DNA of 64,000 nt from positions 1 through 64,000 of the IMG/VR virus record IMGVR_UViG_3300020048_000023, one strand, 5' to 3'. This document shows positions 19,330 to 28,872 of the stretch, one piece after another. The notes beneath the pieces were generated by a model that worked only from the letters and a program-made list of their open reading frames with translations, was not told the origin of the DNA and made no database searches. The stretch is from a virus. The translations under genes and the position numbers were made by a program. Within the stretch, counting starts at the first letter, position 1; each line of letters starts with the position of its first letter.

Positions 19330-19803
19330 CAACATATCGGACAGTCCGATAAAATGTCCGTTAAATGTCCGCATAATGACTGAGATATCAGTCATTAAAA
19401 AAAATGGCTAAATACAACGTTGGCTGTGTAAGTGATTATTAATTAGGTTACTTGGGTATTTTATATCGAAAAAGCTAATGTATGAGATATCAGTCATTAT
19501 ACGGACAAATGAAATGTCCGCTTAATGTCCGTATAAGGATTCAAATGTTGGTTCCTGTGTTCGATAATGGGGGTTAACGACGAAAATAATAGCCATATCC
19601 GACATTAAGGAAATAACGTGTCGGGTGGCACGACATTAAATTATGGTTATGTCGTGTAAACGTCTGGATAACGACAGTAGCGCGGAAAAACTGTCAATAA
19701 TACAAATGTCACAAACACCTATAAAAGGCGTTTACTGGCGAATGTGACCAAAACTATAATACGGCAGCTGCGGGTCGGAAGTGCCGTAGATTTGGAAATA
19801 TAT

Positions 19804-19879
19804 AGGGTAGTAGAGGAGCTTGGCTTATCTCGCTTGATTTGGGATCAAGAGCACGCGGGTTCAAATCCCGCTTACCCTA
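19804..19879 (+). tRNA. tRNA-Pro(TGG)
   Basis: CTTGA-TTTGGGA-TCAAG. Confidence 0.85.
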
Positions 19880-19885
19880 CAATAT

Positions 19886-19958
19886 AGAGTAGTAGCGCAG
19901 TTGGTAGCGTACTTGCTTCGGGAGCAAGGGGTCGTCGGTTCGAATCCGCCCTATTCTA
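19886..19958 (+). tRNA. tRNA-Pro(CGG)
   Basis: CTTGC-TTCGGGA-GCAAG. Confidence 0.85.
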
Positions 19959-20058
19959 CAGTGTTCACGTAACGTGAACTAATAAAAATAATGTTCACTA
20001 TATTATTTGTTTTTTCGTAATGTTATATATATTTATATTATGAACAAAACAATTAGCT

Positions 20059-20613
20059 ATGAGAACAAAAATAACGAAAGAACTGGAACAGCAAGTTAAA
20101 GATTTAAGATTGCAAAATTTTACTTATAGACAAATTGCTGGTAAAGTTGGGTGTAGTCTTGGTGTAATTGGTTCCATATTAGACGGTACGCATATTGCCT
20201 ATGGAACAAAAGAAAAAAAGCCACCAAAAAAATATGTATATGTGCATAATGCCACCCCAACAGTAAAAAGAATAATATCCTTACGTTTAGGTAATTTTAG
20301 AGGTAGGCAGAAAGACGGCAGTACTGGTCGTAAAAATAGTTATTTATCCACGCAGGCTGTTTTGGATAAAATAGGTAGTAATCCTATTTGTTATTTATCG
20401 GGGCGTAGTTTAGACTTGAATGATCGCAAATCATTTGCTTTAGACCACATAATTCCAGCTACTAAAGGCGGTGATAATTCTTTGGATAATTTAGATATTG
20501 TCCATTCTGACGTAAATAAAGCTAAAAATAATTTATTGAACGAAGAGTTTATTCGGTTATGCTTAGATGTTGTAACGCATAACGGATATGATTGTATTAA
20601 AAGAATAAAGTGA
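20059..20613 (+). CDS. HTH plus HNH endonuclease
   Basis: CYLSG...LDHIIPATKGGDNSLDNL...N..K. Confidence 0.8.
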   Translation: MRTKITKELEQQVKDLRLQNFTYRQIAGKVGCSLGVIGSILDGTHIAYGTKEKKPPKKYVYVHNATPTVKRIISLRLGNFRGRQKDGSTGRKNSYLSTQAVLDKIGSNPICYLSGRSLDLNDRKSFALDHIIPATKGGDNSLDNLDIVHSDVNKAKNNLLNEEFIRLCLDVVTHNGYDCIKRIK

Positions 20614-20738
20614 TATGGTTAAAACGACGATGGCTGGGTAAGGCATATACGTGTCCAAAGCGTAGAATGACCACCAGAGGTTAACCCCCGATGCAATATC
20701 TGGTAACCTTACCCACCATATCACCGAATAAGAAACAC

Positions 20739-20812
20739 AGGCGTGTAGTTCAGCGAGTTAGAATAGCGCTCTCCAAAAGCGAAGGTCGGCGGTTCGAATC
20801 CGTCCACGTCTG
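20739..20812 (+). tRNA. tRNA-Trp(CCA)
   Basis: Loop CTCCAAA. Confidence 0.9.
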
Positions 20813-20930
20813 CAAAATATAATCAGCTGTTCAATTTTTTTGCGTGTTCATTTTAAATGAAAACCGCTCTACGTTATACAAGACTTCTATAATTAACAGT
20901 AAAACAAAGTATTAACTTAAAACAAGTAAA

Positions 20931-21161
20931 ATGGAAATCGTAAGACACTTCGATTGGTTCCCTTCATTTAAGAACCAACTCGACATTATCGACAAGACCA
21001 TAGAAATCAATATAGACAGGGATCAAGTTGAAATAACCTGTGATTGGGACTATGGCTGGGGCGGAAGGGGTACAGAGCATATGTCTATGCCGCTGGCTCA
21101 ACTCAAAGCCTTAATCAAAGAATTGGAAGATTCAGAAACTGCGGCAGTAGTTCAGGGATAG
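20931..21161 (+). CDS. Hypothetical protein (3' end overlaps tRNA-Gly)
   Basis: ORF with A-rich translation start. Confidence 0.5.
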   Translation: MEIVRHFDWFPSFKNQLDIIDKTIEINIDRDQVEITCDWDYGWGGRGTEHMSMPLAQLKALIKELEDSETAAVVQG

Positions 21162-21212
21162 AATATTACCTTCCCAAGGTAAGGGTCGTGGGTTTGAGCC
21201 CCACTTGCCGCT
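21141..21212 (+). tRNA. tRNA-Gly(CCC)
   Basis: TTACC-TTCCCAA-GGTAA. Confidence 0.8.
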
Positions 21213-21264
21213 CAATATGGCTCAAAATCGGAAGGTTATGGGCTTAAATCGGATGATTGGTGAG

Positions 21265-21519
21265 CTACATCGGTGGATTATCGGTAGATTGTGGTTGAGC
21301 TTCAACCCAGTTTTCGGTGATAAGTTCAATAAGGTACTGCACGCCACCTCTTAAATTTGCCGACATATGCGCAAAATTACCAGAGTTTGCACGTTGCAGG
21401 TCACGGTTCATTGCATTAAGAAACATTAAGGCTTCGGCTTTGGACGAAGTTTCTTCTTCTCTGATAGACGTAAGAGCCTTATACATTTGACCTTCTGTTA
21501 GCTTAATAAGTTTTGGCAT
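21265..21519 (-). CDS. Hypothetical protein (IKLTE N-terminal motif)
   Basis: MPKLIKLTEGQ start after TATTTATA motif. Confidence 0.5.
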   Translation of the reverse strand: MPKLIKLTEGQMYKALTSIREEETSSKAEALMFLNAMNRDLQRANSGNFAHMSANLRGGVQYLIELITENWVEAQPQSTDNPPM

Positions 21520-21547
21520 AGCGTTTGTTTTTATATAAATATAGACA

Positions 21548-21686
21548 TGATGCTGTAAGTGATGCTGTAAGTGATGCTCTAAGTGACGCTGTAATGATGG
21601 TGTAAATGATGGTGTAAATGATGGTGTAAATGAGGGAGCAAGTGAGGGAGTAAATGAGGGAATAAGGGAGCAATTGAGGGAGCAAA
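21548..21686. repeat. Degenerate ~12-nt tandem repeat (TGATGCTGTAAG / TGATGGTGTAAA / TGAGGGAGCAAG)
   Basis: About 11 units read directly. Confidence 0.8.
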
Positions 21687-21695
21687 TAATACAAT

Positions 21696-21767
21696 GCGGG
21701 TGTAGCACAGGGGTTAGTGCGAGAGCCTTCCAAGCTTTAGACGCGGGTTCGATTCCCGCCACCCGCT
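21696..21767 (+). tRNA. tRNA-Gly(TCC)
   Basis: Loop CTTCCAA. Confidence 0.9.
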
Positions 21768-21925
21768 CAGGTGAACAAATAATGGTGAATATTAAAGTGC
21801 CTTGCCGTGCCTTGTATAGGATAAATGGGGTCGCCAGAATATAGTAATCTTGCTATAACTTAGTAACGAAGGTAGCAAGATATCAAAGATAGGGGAAAGT
21901 TGCTGATACCCCTATACCAATTAAT

Positions 21926-21998
21926 GCGGATATAGCACAGTTGGTTAGTGCGGGAGCTTGCCAAGCTTCAGACGCGAGTTCGAATCTCGCTATCCGCT
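21926..21998 (+). tRNA. tRNA-Gly(GCC)
   Basis: Loop TTGCCAA. Confidence 0.9.
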
Positions 21999-22051
21999 CA
22001 AAATAATGACGTCTTAATTTTTATGGATATACATAATATTTATAAAAAACT

Positions 22052-22618
22052 ATGGTTATGTCAATATTAACAGAAATGCGTAGATTGCGGTCTATTATGG
22101 GTTTATCCGAAGAGGTTGAGGTGGGTAATTTATATTTGACAGATGAGGAAGTTACCGAAATAATGAGTGGTTATTTGGAAGCGGCTATTTGGACGGAAGA
22201 AGAACGACTGAAAGACGAGTATGAATCTGATAAGCCATCTGACGAGTACTACAGCCCAGACGACTATGAGGACACAACCGAAAAAATTGTTAAGCAATCT
22301 AATCAACAGCCGTCACAACAATTTCAGGGTTTTAGCGTTGCTGATATTGACCCCGATTCACGAATTCAAGCTTACGTTGATATTAAGAAATTTATCCTGA
22401 CAGTAGGCGACGCAGCGGCAAGCGAAGCGATAGACGACCAAGGTCTTAAAAGGCTAGGTATGGATATTTGGTTAAGCAGAAATAGTCATGGCTCTGGATT
22501 CTTCGACCATTCATACGAAAATGAAGAAATATTGATGGGTACAGCACATAATTTAGGCGGAGTTGATTTGTATTTAGGTGATGATAACAAGTTGTATTTC
22601 AGCAACGGACACAAATAA
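22052..22618 (+). CDS. Hypothetical protein (acidic; RNxHGxGFxD motif)
   Basis: ORF after TATTTATA; ILTEMRRLRSIM leader. Confidence 0.6.
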   Translation: MVMSILTEMRRLRSIMGLSEEVEVGNLYLTDEEVTEIMSGYLEAAIWTEEERLKDEYESDKPSDEYYSPDDYEDTTEKIVKQSNQQPSQQFQGFSVADIDPDSRIQAYVDIKKFILTVGDAAASEAIDDQGLKRLGMDIWLSRNSHGSGFFDHSYENEEILMGTAHNLGGVDLYLGDDNKLYFSNGHK

Positions 22619-22661
22619 ATTTCGATCATAAAAAATTATTTTCACTTTTTTTTCACTAATA

Positions 22662-22693
22662 TTTGGTAGTGTCAAAAATTGTGTGTATATTTG
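22662..22693 (+). promoter_or_regulatory. Bacteroidota sigma-70 promoter for ncRNA/Ro60 locus
   Basis: TTTG-N20-TATATTTG. Confidence 0.75.
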
Positions 22694-22715
22694 CATCGTT
22701 TTAAAGTTTAAAGAT

Positions 22716-22802
22716 GGTTGACGGTGGTGTTAGCTAAGAGTTACATCAAATCTAACTTTTAATTGGACAAAAACGCTCTAAGCGCCAGTTTCCCCGTCAG
22801 CC
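22716..22802 (+). ncRNA. Candidate Y-like RNA 1 with tRNA-Lys(TTT)-like anticodon stem-loop
   Basis: GGTTGACGG/CCGTCAGCC ends; GAGTTAC..AAACGCTC core; TCTAA-CTTTTAA-TTGGA. Confidence 0.65.
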
Positions 22803-22929
22803 GCCTTTTTTAAAGAAATTAAGAAATACCCCAATTATACTAGTAAATAAGCTGCTATCCTAACTCATCACCCAACAGCTTGAAATACGGTCACAAGGTT
22901 AGGAGCTAATTAATAGGGGTAAAAAAATG

Positions 22930-23024
22930 AAATAAACAGTGGTGTTAGTTAAGAGTTACTTCAATCCGACTCGTAAATCAGAAACTGAAACCAAACGCTC
23001 TTGACGCCTTTTCCCTGTTTGTTT
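22930..23024 (+). ncRNA. Candidate Y-like RNA 2
   Basis: AAATAAACAG/CTGTTTGTTT ends; same core; CTCGTAA loop. Confidence 0.65.
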
Positions 23025-23029
23025 TATAT

Positions 23030-23118
23030 GTCTGTGTAGCTCAGTTGGTTAGAGCGACTGCCGAGGGAAAGTAATTTCCCAGAGCGGGGGGTCAGCGGTT
23101 CAAGTCCGTTCAAAGGCA
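23030..23118 (+). ncRNA. tRNA-like RNA lacking a normal anticodon arm
   Basis: TAGCTCAGTTGGTTAGAGC D arm; GGTTCAAGTCC T arm; GGGAAA/TTTCCC hairpin in place of anticodon loop. Confidence 0.55.
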
Positions 23119-23356
23119 CTGGTTCATTGAAACACTTTTGATTGAAGCAAACTAAAAAAGGAATGTGGTTGGTTAACCGACACCGCAGAAGTAATTAGGT
23201 TCCTTTAGACTCCTAAGCAAGGTCGTTGTTTTGTGGATAGGTAAATGTTATCCAGTCGTCACGGCTGGTGAGGCGGTGTACGTGGGTTTGGGCGCGTATA
23301 TTTATTCCGTATGCTAAGCGGACAAAGACTTTTCAATGAACCCACCTATAAAAAAT

Positions 23357-23442
23357 AAACCGATAATGGCGCTTGATAGAGTTACATCAACAAATTTGGA
23401 TTTTGCTAAAAACGCTCTGTCGTCCTTTTCCTTAACGGTTTT
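23357..23442 (+). ncRNA. Candidate Y-like RNA 3
   Basis: AAACCG/CGGTTT ends; same core; CAAA-TTTGGAT-TTTG. Confidence 0.6.
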
Positions 23443-23460
23443 TTATTTACACTACAAACT

Positions 23461-23655
23461 ATGACACCAGAACAAGCGTCACAAAAACAAATGGCAATAG
23501 CATTTGCCGCCGAGTTTGCCTATTACAAGGCAAACCCCGAAACAAGAATGGACGTACCTTCTATGGTGTACGAAAACGCTGAGAAGGCGTTTAACAACTG
23601 GATAGAGCGGCACAATGAAAACCCATCCTATGCGGTAAACCCGTTTCAAAAATAA
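23461..23655 (+). CDS. Small hypothetical protein
   Basis: ORF upstream of TROVE gene. Confidence 0.45.
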   Translation: MTPEQASQKQMAIAFAAEFAYYKANPETRMDVPSMVYENAEKAFNNWIERHNENPSYAVNPFQK

Positions 23656-23689
23656 TTCAATAATAATAACCAATAAAAACCACGTATTT

Positions 23690-25129
23690 ATGTCAAAATT
23701 AAATCCGACCATCAAGCGAGAATCCAAATTCTCAACCCAGCGTTTAGCTGGTGGGTCTGGCGCTTTGGCTGCTAAGCAGGACGCCGAATCCTTGTTACGT
23801 AGGGCTGTTATGGCTTGCCTTTTATGGGAAGACCTGTTCTACAGCTCTGGTACCGATAACTCAGATAACATTGCAAAGTTGATCGCACAGGTTGACCCGC
23901 AGACTGTCGCTGAGATCGCTATTGAGGCTCGCGTTGCCCAGAAATTGAGGCACGTACCTTTGTACATCGCTTCCGAAATGCTCAAGCACCCTAAACATAG
24001 GGAATACGTAGGCGAAGTTCTTCCGCTGGTTATCACACGTGCCGACCAGATCACCGACTTCCTTTCTCTGTACTGGAAGGCTAACGGCAAGAGGAAAGCG
24101 ATTGCCGCACAGGTTAAAAAGGGCTTGGCTGATTCCTTCCATAACTTCAACGAGTACAAGCTCGCTAAGTATGACAGGGATTCCGAAATCAAGTTACGTG
24201 ACGTTATGCGTCTTGTACACCCTAAGCCGAGGAACGCCGCAGAAAGCGAACTGTTCGATAAGGTTATCAAGAGGACTCTGGAAACCCCAGATACTTGGGA
24301 AGTAGCTTTAAGCACAGGACGTGATAAGAAAGCAACTTGGGAACGTCTTATCGTTGAAGGTAAATTGGGTGCGCTTGCGTTCCTGAGGAACCTGAGCAAT
24401 ATGACCAAGGTTGGTGTTGATCACAACATAATCCGTCAGGGTTTTGAATCGATCTACTCAGCAATGTTGCTCCCGTTGAACTTCACCACGGCTGCCGCAC
24501 AGGTACCTGTATTCAAGGCTGATATCGAAAAGATGATGCTGAGGACTTACGCAGGATTACCTAAGCTTACAGGCTACACTATCTTCGTCGTAGACGTATC
24601 GGGTAGTATGAACTCTCGTACCAGCTCAAAGAGCACCGTGAACAGGATTGACGCAGCTTCAGCTATGGCTGTATTAGCAGCAAACCAGTGTGAAAACATT
24701 GATATCTATTGTACAGCAGGTAGTGACAGCTCACGTATCCATCAGACTGCAAAAATCGATTACCCGCAGAAGGGTTTCGGCTTGATCGACCAGATCGCTG
24801 AGTACAAACATATGGGTAAGAAAAGTTTAGGTGGTGGTGGTATCTTCACACGTCAGTGCTTGGAGTTCATCGCTACGCAAACTACAAAAGTGCCTGATAG
24901 GATTATCATCTTCTCAGACTCTCAGGACTGCGATTACCCGCACCTGAGGGTTCCGAAACCGTTCGGTAAGAACAACTACATCGTAGACGTATCGGCTGAA
25001 AAGCACGGCGTAAACTACAAGGGTGTATGGACGGCAGAAATCAGTGGTATGTCGGATCACTTCCTGACCTACATCGCTTCACTGGAAGGGTTGCAAAACA
25101 CTTTCGAAGACGACGATTCACTGCAATAA
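23690..25129 (+). CDS. rsr: Ro60/TROVE RNA-binding protein with vWA domain
   Basis: CLLWEDLFY, LRHVPL, YKLAKY, LRDVMRLVHPKP, PDTWEVALS, LRNL; DVSGSM MIDAS motif. Confidence 0.9.
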   Translation: MSKLNPTIKRESKFSTQRLAGGSGALAAKQDAESLLRRAVMACLLWEDLFYSSGTDNSDNIAKLIAQVDPQTVAEIAIEARVAQKLRHVPLYIASEMLKHPKHREYVGEVLPLVITRADQITDFLSLYWKANGKRKAIAAQVKKGLADSFHNFNEYKLAKYDRDSEIKLRDVMRLVHPKPRNAAESELFDKVIKRTLETPDTWEVALSTGRDKKATWERLIVEGKLGALAFLRNLSNMTKVGVDHNIIRQGFESIYSAMLLPLNFTTAAAQVPVFKADIEKMMLRTYAGLPKLTGYTIFVVDVSGSMNSRTSSKSTVNRIDAASAMAVLAANQCENIDIYCTAGSDSSRIHQTAKIDYPQKGFGLIDQIAEYKHMGKKSLGGGGIFTRQCLEFIATQTTKVPDRIIIFSDSQDCDYPHLRVPKPFGKNNYIVDVSAEKHGVNYKGVWTAEISGMSDHFLTYIASLEGLQNTFEDDDSLQ

Positions 25130-25225
25130 CCCAATCCTGAAAGGGAATAACAATGAAGCCGCTCCATTTCCAAAGTGGTCTTTTTTGCGAAAAGTACCTA
25201 TAAACGGTACTTTTCGCATTTTTAT

Positions 25226-25301
25226 GCCCGCGTAGCTCAGTTGATAGAGCAACGCACCCGTAATGCGTGGGTCGCTGGTTTGAGTCCAGCCGTGGGCTCC
25301 A
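25226..25301 (+). tRNA. tRNA-Thr(CGT)
   Basis: ACGCA-CCCGTAA-TGCGT; encoded CCA. Confidence 0.8.
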
Positions 25302-25304
25302 TTT

Positions 25305-25378
25305 GCCGACATAGCTCAGTTGGTAGCAGCGTTACCTCGGTAAGGTAAAGGTCGCCAGTTCAAGTCTGGCTGTCGGCT
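25305..25378 (+). tRNA. tRNA-Thr(GGT)
   Basis: TTACC-TCGGTAA-GGTAA. Confidence 0.8.
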
Positions 25379-25422
25379 CAAACATTTTGTAATATCCTAA
25401 TATTTATAATAAAATACAAGAT

Positions 25423-25692
25423 ATGGAAGCAGCAAAAATTCACAAGGCGTTGCATTTTCTACGCGATTATGGTATAGTGCTACTAACTGGTTTATTGATA
25501 GTTATATCAATTCAGTTATGCCACCACCAAAATAATGTTACGTATAACATTGAACCAGCTGTAAAGCAAAATGGTATATCCATAGATTCTAACCAACAGA
25601 TGATTAAAGACCTAACTAAGCAGTTAGACTCGTTACGTGTGGAGATTAAGTGGATGGAAAAGGAACACGTCAAAATACTTAAAAAGCGCTAA
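25423..25692 (+). CDS. Membrane-anchored coiled-coil protein
   Basis: TM helix plus coiled coil. Confidence 0.5.
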   Translation: MEAAKIHKALHFLRDYGIVLLTGLLIVISIQLCHHQNNVTYNIEPAVKQNGISIDSNQQMIKDLTKQLDSLRVEIKWMEKEHVKILKKR

Positions 25693-26048
25693 TCTGACTC
25701 TACTTCCTCTTGTATAACTTTTTTGGCTTCCTGTCTGGCTGTCTTTTTACTCTTGACAGTCCCCAGTTCAACTTCCCACCAATTTAACCACCCTTTTTTG
25801 GGGTGATGATCCGTGTAGTCGTACCGAAATTTGTTTCTTAACCCATAAGCTTTCATAGTAAAGTTGTATTTGTATGATAAATCAATCAGGTTTATTGTGC
25901 AAATATAGGTTTATTATTTTGAATAACAATGGATTTGTATTGTTTTACTGACAAACAACCTATTATCATTGTTTTTGCACGATTTACATACCTTATGATA
26001 ATGTGCATTTTTGGTGATAACGGCATATTTATAGTAAATAGTCTATTA

Positions 26049-27437
26049 ATGTTATTTACCAAAAGCCAGCTTATCTCCGAAGTAATACGTTTAGCTGAGT
26101 CTTCTGATTACAGGGATGCTTGGGATACGTTTTCCGAAATATTTGACCGCCAGAAAGAAAAAATAATTGAAGATATTCTGGAAGGTAAAACACATGAATA
26201 TTGGCAACTGATCAAATTCCCTCGTTTAAAGAAAATTTGGGAAGATTATGTCAGGTATGGTTTTGTTCGTGACGAAAAAGGCGTAGAAGAGATTAAATAC
26301 ATATGCATTCGTAATATAGCTAAATTAGTGGCTAATACGCAGTTTGTGGGTCACACTGAGGTGCACCCAGAGGAAATAGTGGATGATTATTTTGAAATCA
26401 ATGGTTTGAAATTTAAAACACATACTACGACACGTAAAAAATTTGTTGACCCAAACCAACTAAAAATACAATTTCCAGATAATACTGAAACTATTAGTAC
26501 GCCAGAGCCCGAAGAAGATTATCGACAAGAAATACAGTATACAAAAGAAGAATTTTTTGACAGGTTAGACGCTTATATAGGTGATGATAAATTTAGCGAT
26601 TACGCTACTGCTCCACTTGTTAAGTTATCATACGATCTGATTGAGGCGGAAGACCCAGTAGAACAACTTTTATTATGCGATCGCATTTTTAACGTTGTTC
26701 ATATGCGTGGCGATATTGCCGCGTTATTTGTTGAAGGTGGGTCACAGGCACTTAGTGCACTATCTGGCGAGCACGCTGATGCACAAGTATACAGACCAAT
26801 GGAAGAGTTATATCACATCTTACAAGCTAATTTACTAATAGAAGGCTTCCAAGGGGGCTCGGATATTGACGCAAGGCTTAAAAACTTAGTTGCGCCGACC
26901 ATAAATAACTTTATACGTAACATTAACGGTAAACAGAGGTGGACGGTAGTTCCATTCGAAATGTGGCGCCGCGTCAGAACTGAGTTTTTCAGGTATGGGT
27001 TTATTCGCAGCGAAAAGGCTCTACAGAACGTAATTGATATTGTTACCCATAATGTTTTACAGATCATAGTCAATACTATGATTGATTATTTCGCCCTATA
27101 TAATAGGTGGCGGGAAGAGCTGAGTATGATGGGGGACGAACACGAACTAAAACAGATATTCCCGTATATTGAGCAAGCCTGCGCCCAGTATAAATTAGAT
27201 AAAGAGGACTTGGATATGTTTGACGAATATGCCCAAGACGAGAAGGGTATTACTCGGGCTACCGACGCGGCACGTGCCGTATTACTATCCAATATTAAAG
27301 AGCTGGCACAGGAATCAGACCCAGTGCAACAGGTGGTTATTCTCGACCATATATTTGACATTAGCCACCAGCGTAATGATCTGGCTTCTTGGTTAATTGA
27401 AGGCGGAACTGCGTCGCTCAGCAAGCTAACTGCATAA
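26049..27437 (+). CDS. Hypothetical protein with internal domain duplication
   Basis: Two copies of RYGF(V/I)R.EK ... D.IF...H.R.D.A...EGG...L. Confidence 0.65.
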   Translation: MLFTKSQLISEVIRLAESSDYRDAWDTFSEIFDRQKEKIIEDILEGKTHEYWQLIKFPRLKKIWEDYVRYGFVRDEKGVEEIKYICIRNIAKLVANTQFVGHTEVHPEEIVDDYFEINGLKFKTHTTTRKKFVDPNQLKIQFPDNTETISTPEPEEDYRQEIQYTKEEFFDRLDAYIGDDKFSDYATAPLVKLSYDLIEAEDPVEQLLLCDRIFNVVHMRGDIAALFVEGGSQALSALSGEHADAQVYRPMEELYHILQANLLIEGFQGGSDIDARLKNLVAPTINNFIRNINGKQRWTVVPFEMWRRVRTEFFRYGFIRSEKALQNVIDIVTHNVLQIIVNTMIDYFALYNRWREELSMMGDEHELKQIFPYIEQACAQYKLDKEDLDMFDEYAQDEKGITRATDAARAVLLSNIKELAQESDPVQQVVILDHIFDISHQRNDLASWLIEGGTASLSKLTA

Positions 27438-27733
27438 TTTTTTTCCTAAGATTTTGTTTTTTCGTTTTTAATGACTATATTTGGGTATAATTTCTAACTA
27501 TGCGTCACGAATTACACGAAATAATAAACGGCACAACGGCTCATTTGGTACATATAGTGAACAGCGTTGCGATGTACCATATCAATGTAAAGGGTACAAT
27601 TTATTCGTGGGAGATAGATACGCGGGAGAATCGGTATTGGAACCACCATTTTACTCCTGAGCTACGACCAGCCGAATATATCACGTGGATAAAGTACGCA
27701 ATGTCAGAAAATCTTTTTCAACAAATAAATTAA

Positions 27734-28258
27734 ATGAGTTACTTTTCAATGGACGTAGAGTCCGACGGTGAATACCCACCCGATTATTCAATGGTATGCT
27801 TTGGGGCAGTCAAGGTAGACGACCCAACAAAAACATTTTACGGCAGAACAGCGCCAATTAGCACATTATGGAAGCCAGCGGCACTGGCTATATCAGGGAT
27901 AAGCCGACAGGAACATTTACTGTTTCCGAGCCCAACTGAAACAATGAACCAGTTCGGTATTTGGCTTAAAAAAAATTCGGATGGTAAACCAACGTTTATT
28001 TCCGACAACCCAGCTTATGACTGGCAGTGGATCAACTACTACTTTCATAAGTTTTATGGTAGCAACCCTTTTGGCTTCAGTGGAAGGCGAATAGGTGACC
28101 TGTACTGCGGTCTTGTTAAGAGCGGGAACGCCAATAAGATTTGGAAGGGAAAGTACCGTAAAACGCGCCATACGCACAATCCAGTGGATGATGCTATGGG
28201 CAACACGGAAGCTTTAATCGCCTTCAGAGATCAATTAGGACTTAAAATAGAATTCTAA
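27734..28258 (+). CDS. DEDDh exonuclease (RNase AS-like)
   Basis: DVESDG...DNPAYDW...HNPVDDA. Confidence 0.8.
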   Translation: MSYFSMDVESDGEYPPDYSMVCFGAVKVDDPTKTFYGRTAPISTLWKPAALAISGISRQEHLLFPSPTETMNQFGIWLKKNSDGKPTFISDNPAYDWQWINYYFHKFYGSNPFGFSGRRIGDLYCGLVKSGNANKIWKGKYRKTRHTHNPVDDAMGNTEALIAFRDQLGLKIEF

Positions 28259-28674
28259 TGCCAAACATACTATATACACCAGTTTCTTTCCTTGAACCAC
28301 AAACAACTCCACCTGATATTCTTGCAAAATGGGATGATCTTGGACTACTTGAAGGATTAGACGCAGAGAAAAAAAATACTTGTGCACAGTATTTTGAAAC
28401 CGCTGTACAGCGTGTTTTATCTACCGATAGCGACAATCAAGATTTACGGCTACAACTAACGCTACCTATTGTTAGGCGTGTTGTAACTGGTAGCGATGAT
28501 TTGGTAGATATACAACATCTTTTGGATGCTACAGACGATTTTATCTTTAACCATTATAAGGAACGTACAAACGCGCTTCAAGCTGAGGTTGATCCAGAAT
28601 TGTCTGCAATAGTCGAATTTTGCGACAATTATAAACCACCATTATTCACCAAGTTAAGACAACTATCATTATGA
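28258..28674 (+). CDS. Short protein resembling the N-terminus of a T4-like major capsid protein
   Basis: LAKWDDLGLLEGL...A..FE...LPIVRRV. Confidence 0.4.
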   Translation: MPNILYTPVSFLEPQTTPPDILAKWDDLGLLEGLDAEKKNTCAQYFETAVQRVLSTDSDNQDLRLQLTLPIVRRVVTGSDDLVDIQHLLDATDDFIFNHYKERTNALQAEVDPELSAIVEFCDNYKPPLFTKLRQLSL

Positions 28675-28872
28675 GAGAAGACGACTACAAACCACTTATC
28701 GTAGACCATTTGAGTCTTATTGGCGATCCGAGCAGAGGCAACTATTATTTCAAACAAGAATTGTTTGATCGCCTAACGGCGCTTTCCAAACTTTATAAGA
28801 TTAGTGTGATTACTGGCTCACAAAAGCCAAAGTTCACTTTAGGTAAACTAAAACCATTAAACATAGTATAGT

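Noticed and set aside
21520-21762. PSFT/QHHL-repeat N-terminal extension of ORF 21265-21762
   Set aside because: Derives from the antisense tRNA-Gly and the 12-nt tandem repeat; the real start is probably 21519
22716-23442. Riboswitch interpretation of the repeated GAGTTAC/CGCTC elements
   Set aside because: They do not match riboswitch consensus I know, are not each 5' of a CDS, and are closed terminal stems beside Ro60
23839-24408. 189-aa antisense ORF inside the TROVE gene and similar shadow ORFs
   Set aside because: Fully overlaps well-supported genes and has no motifs
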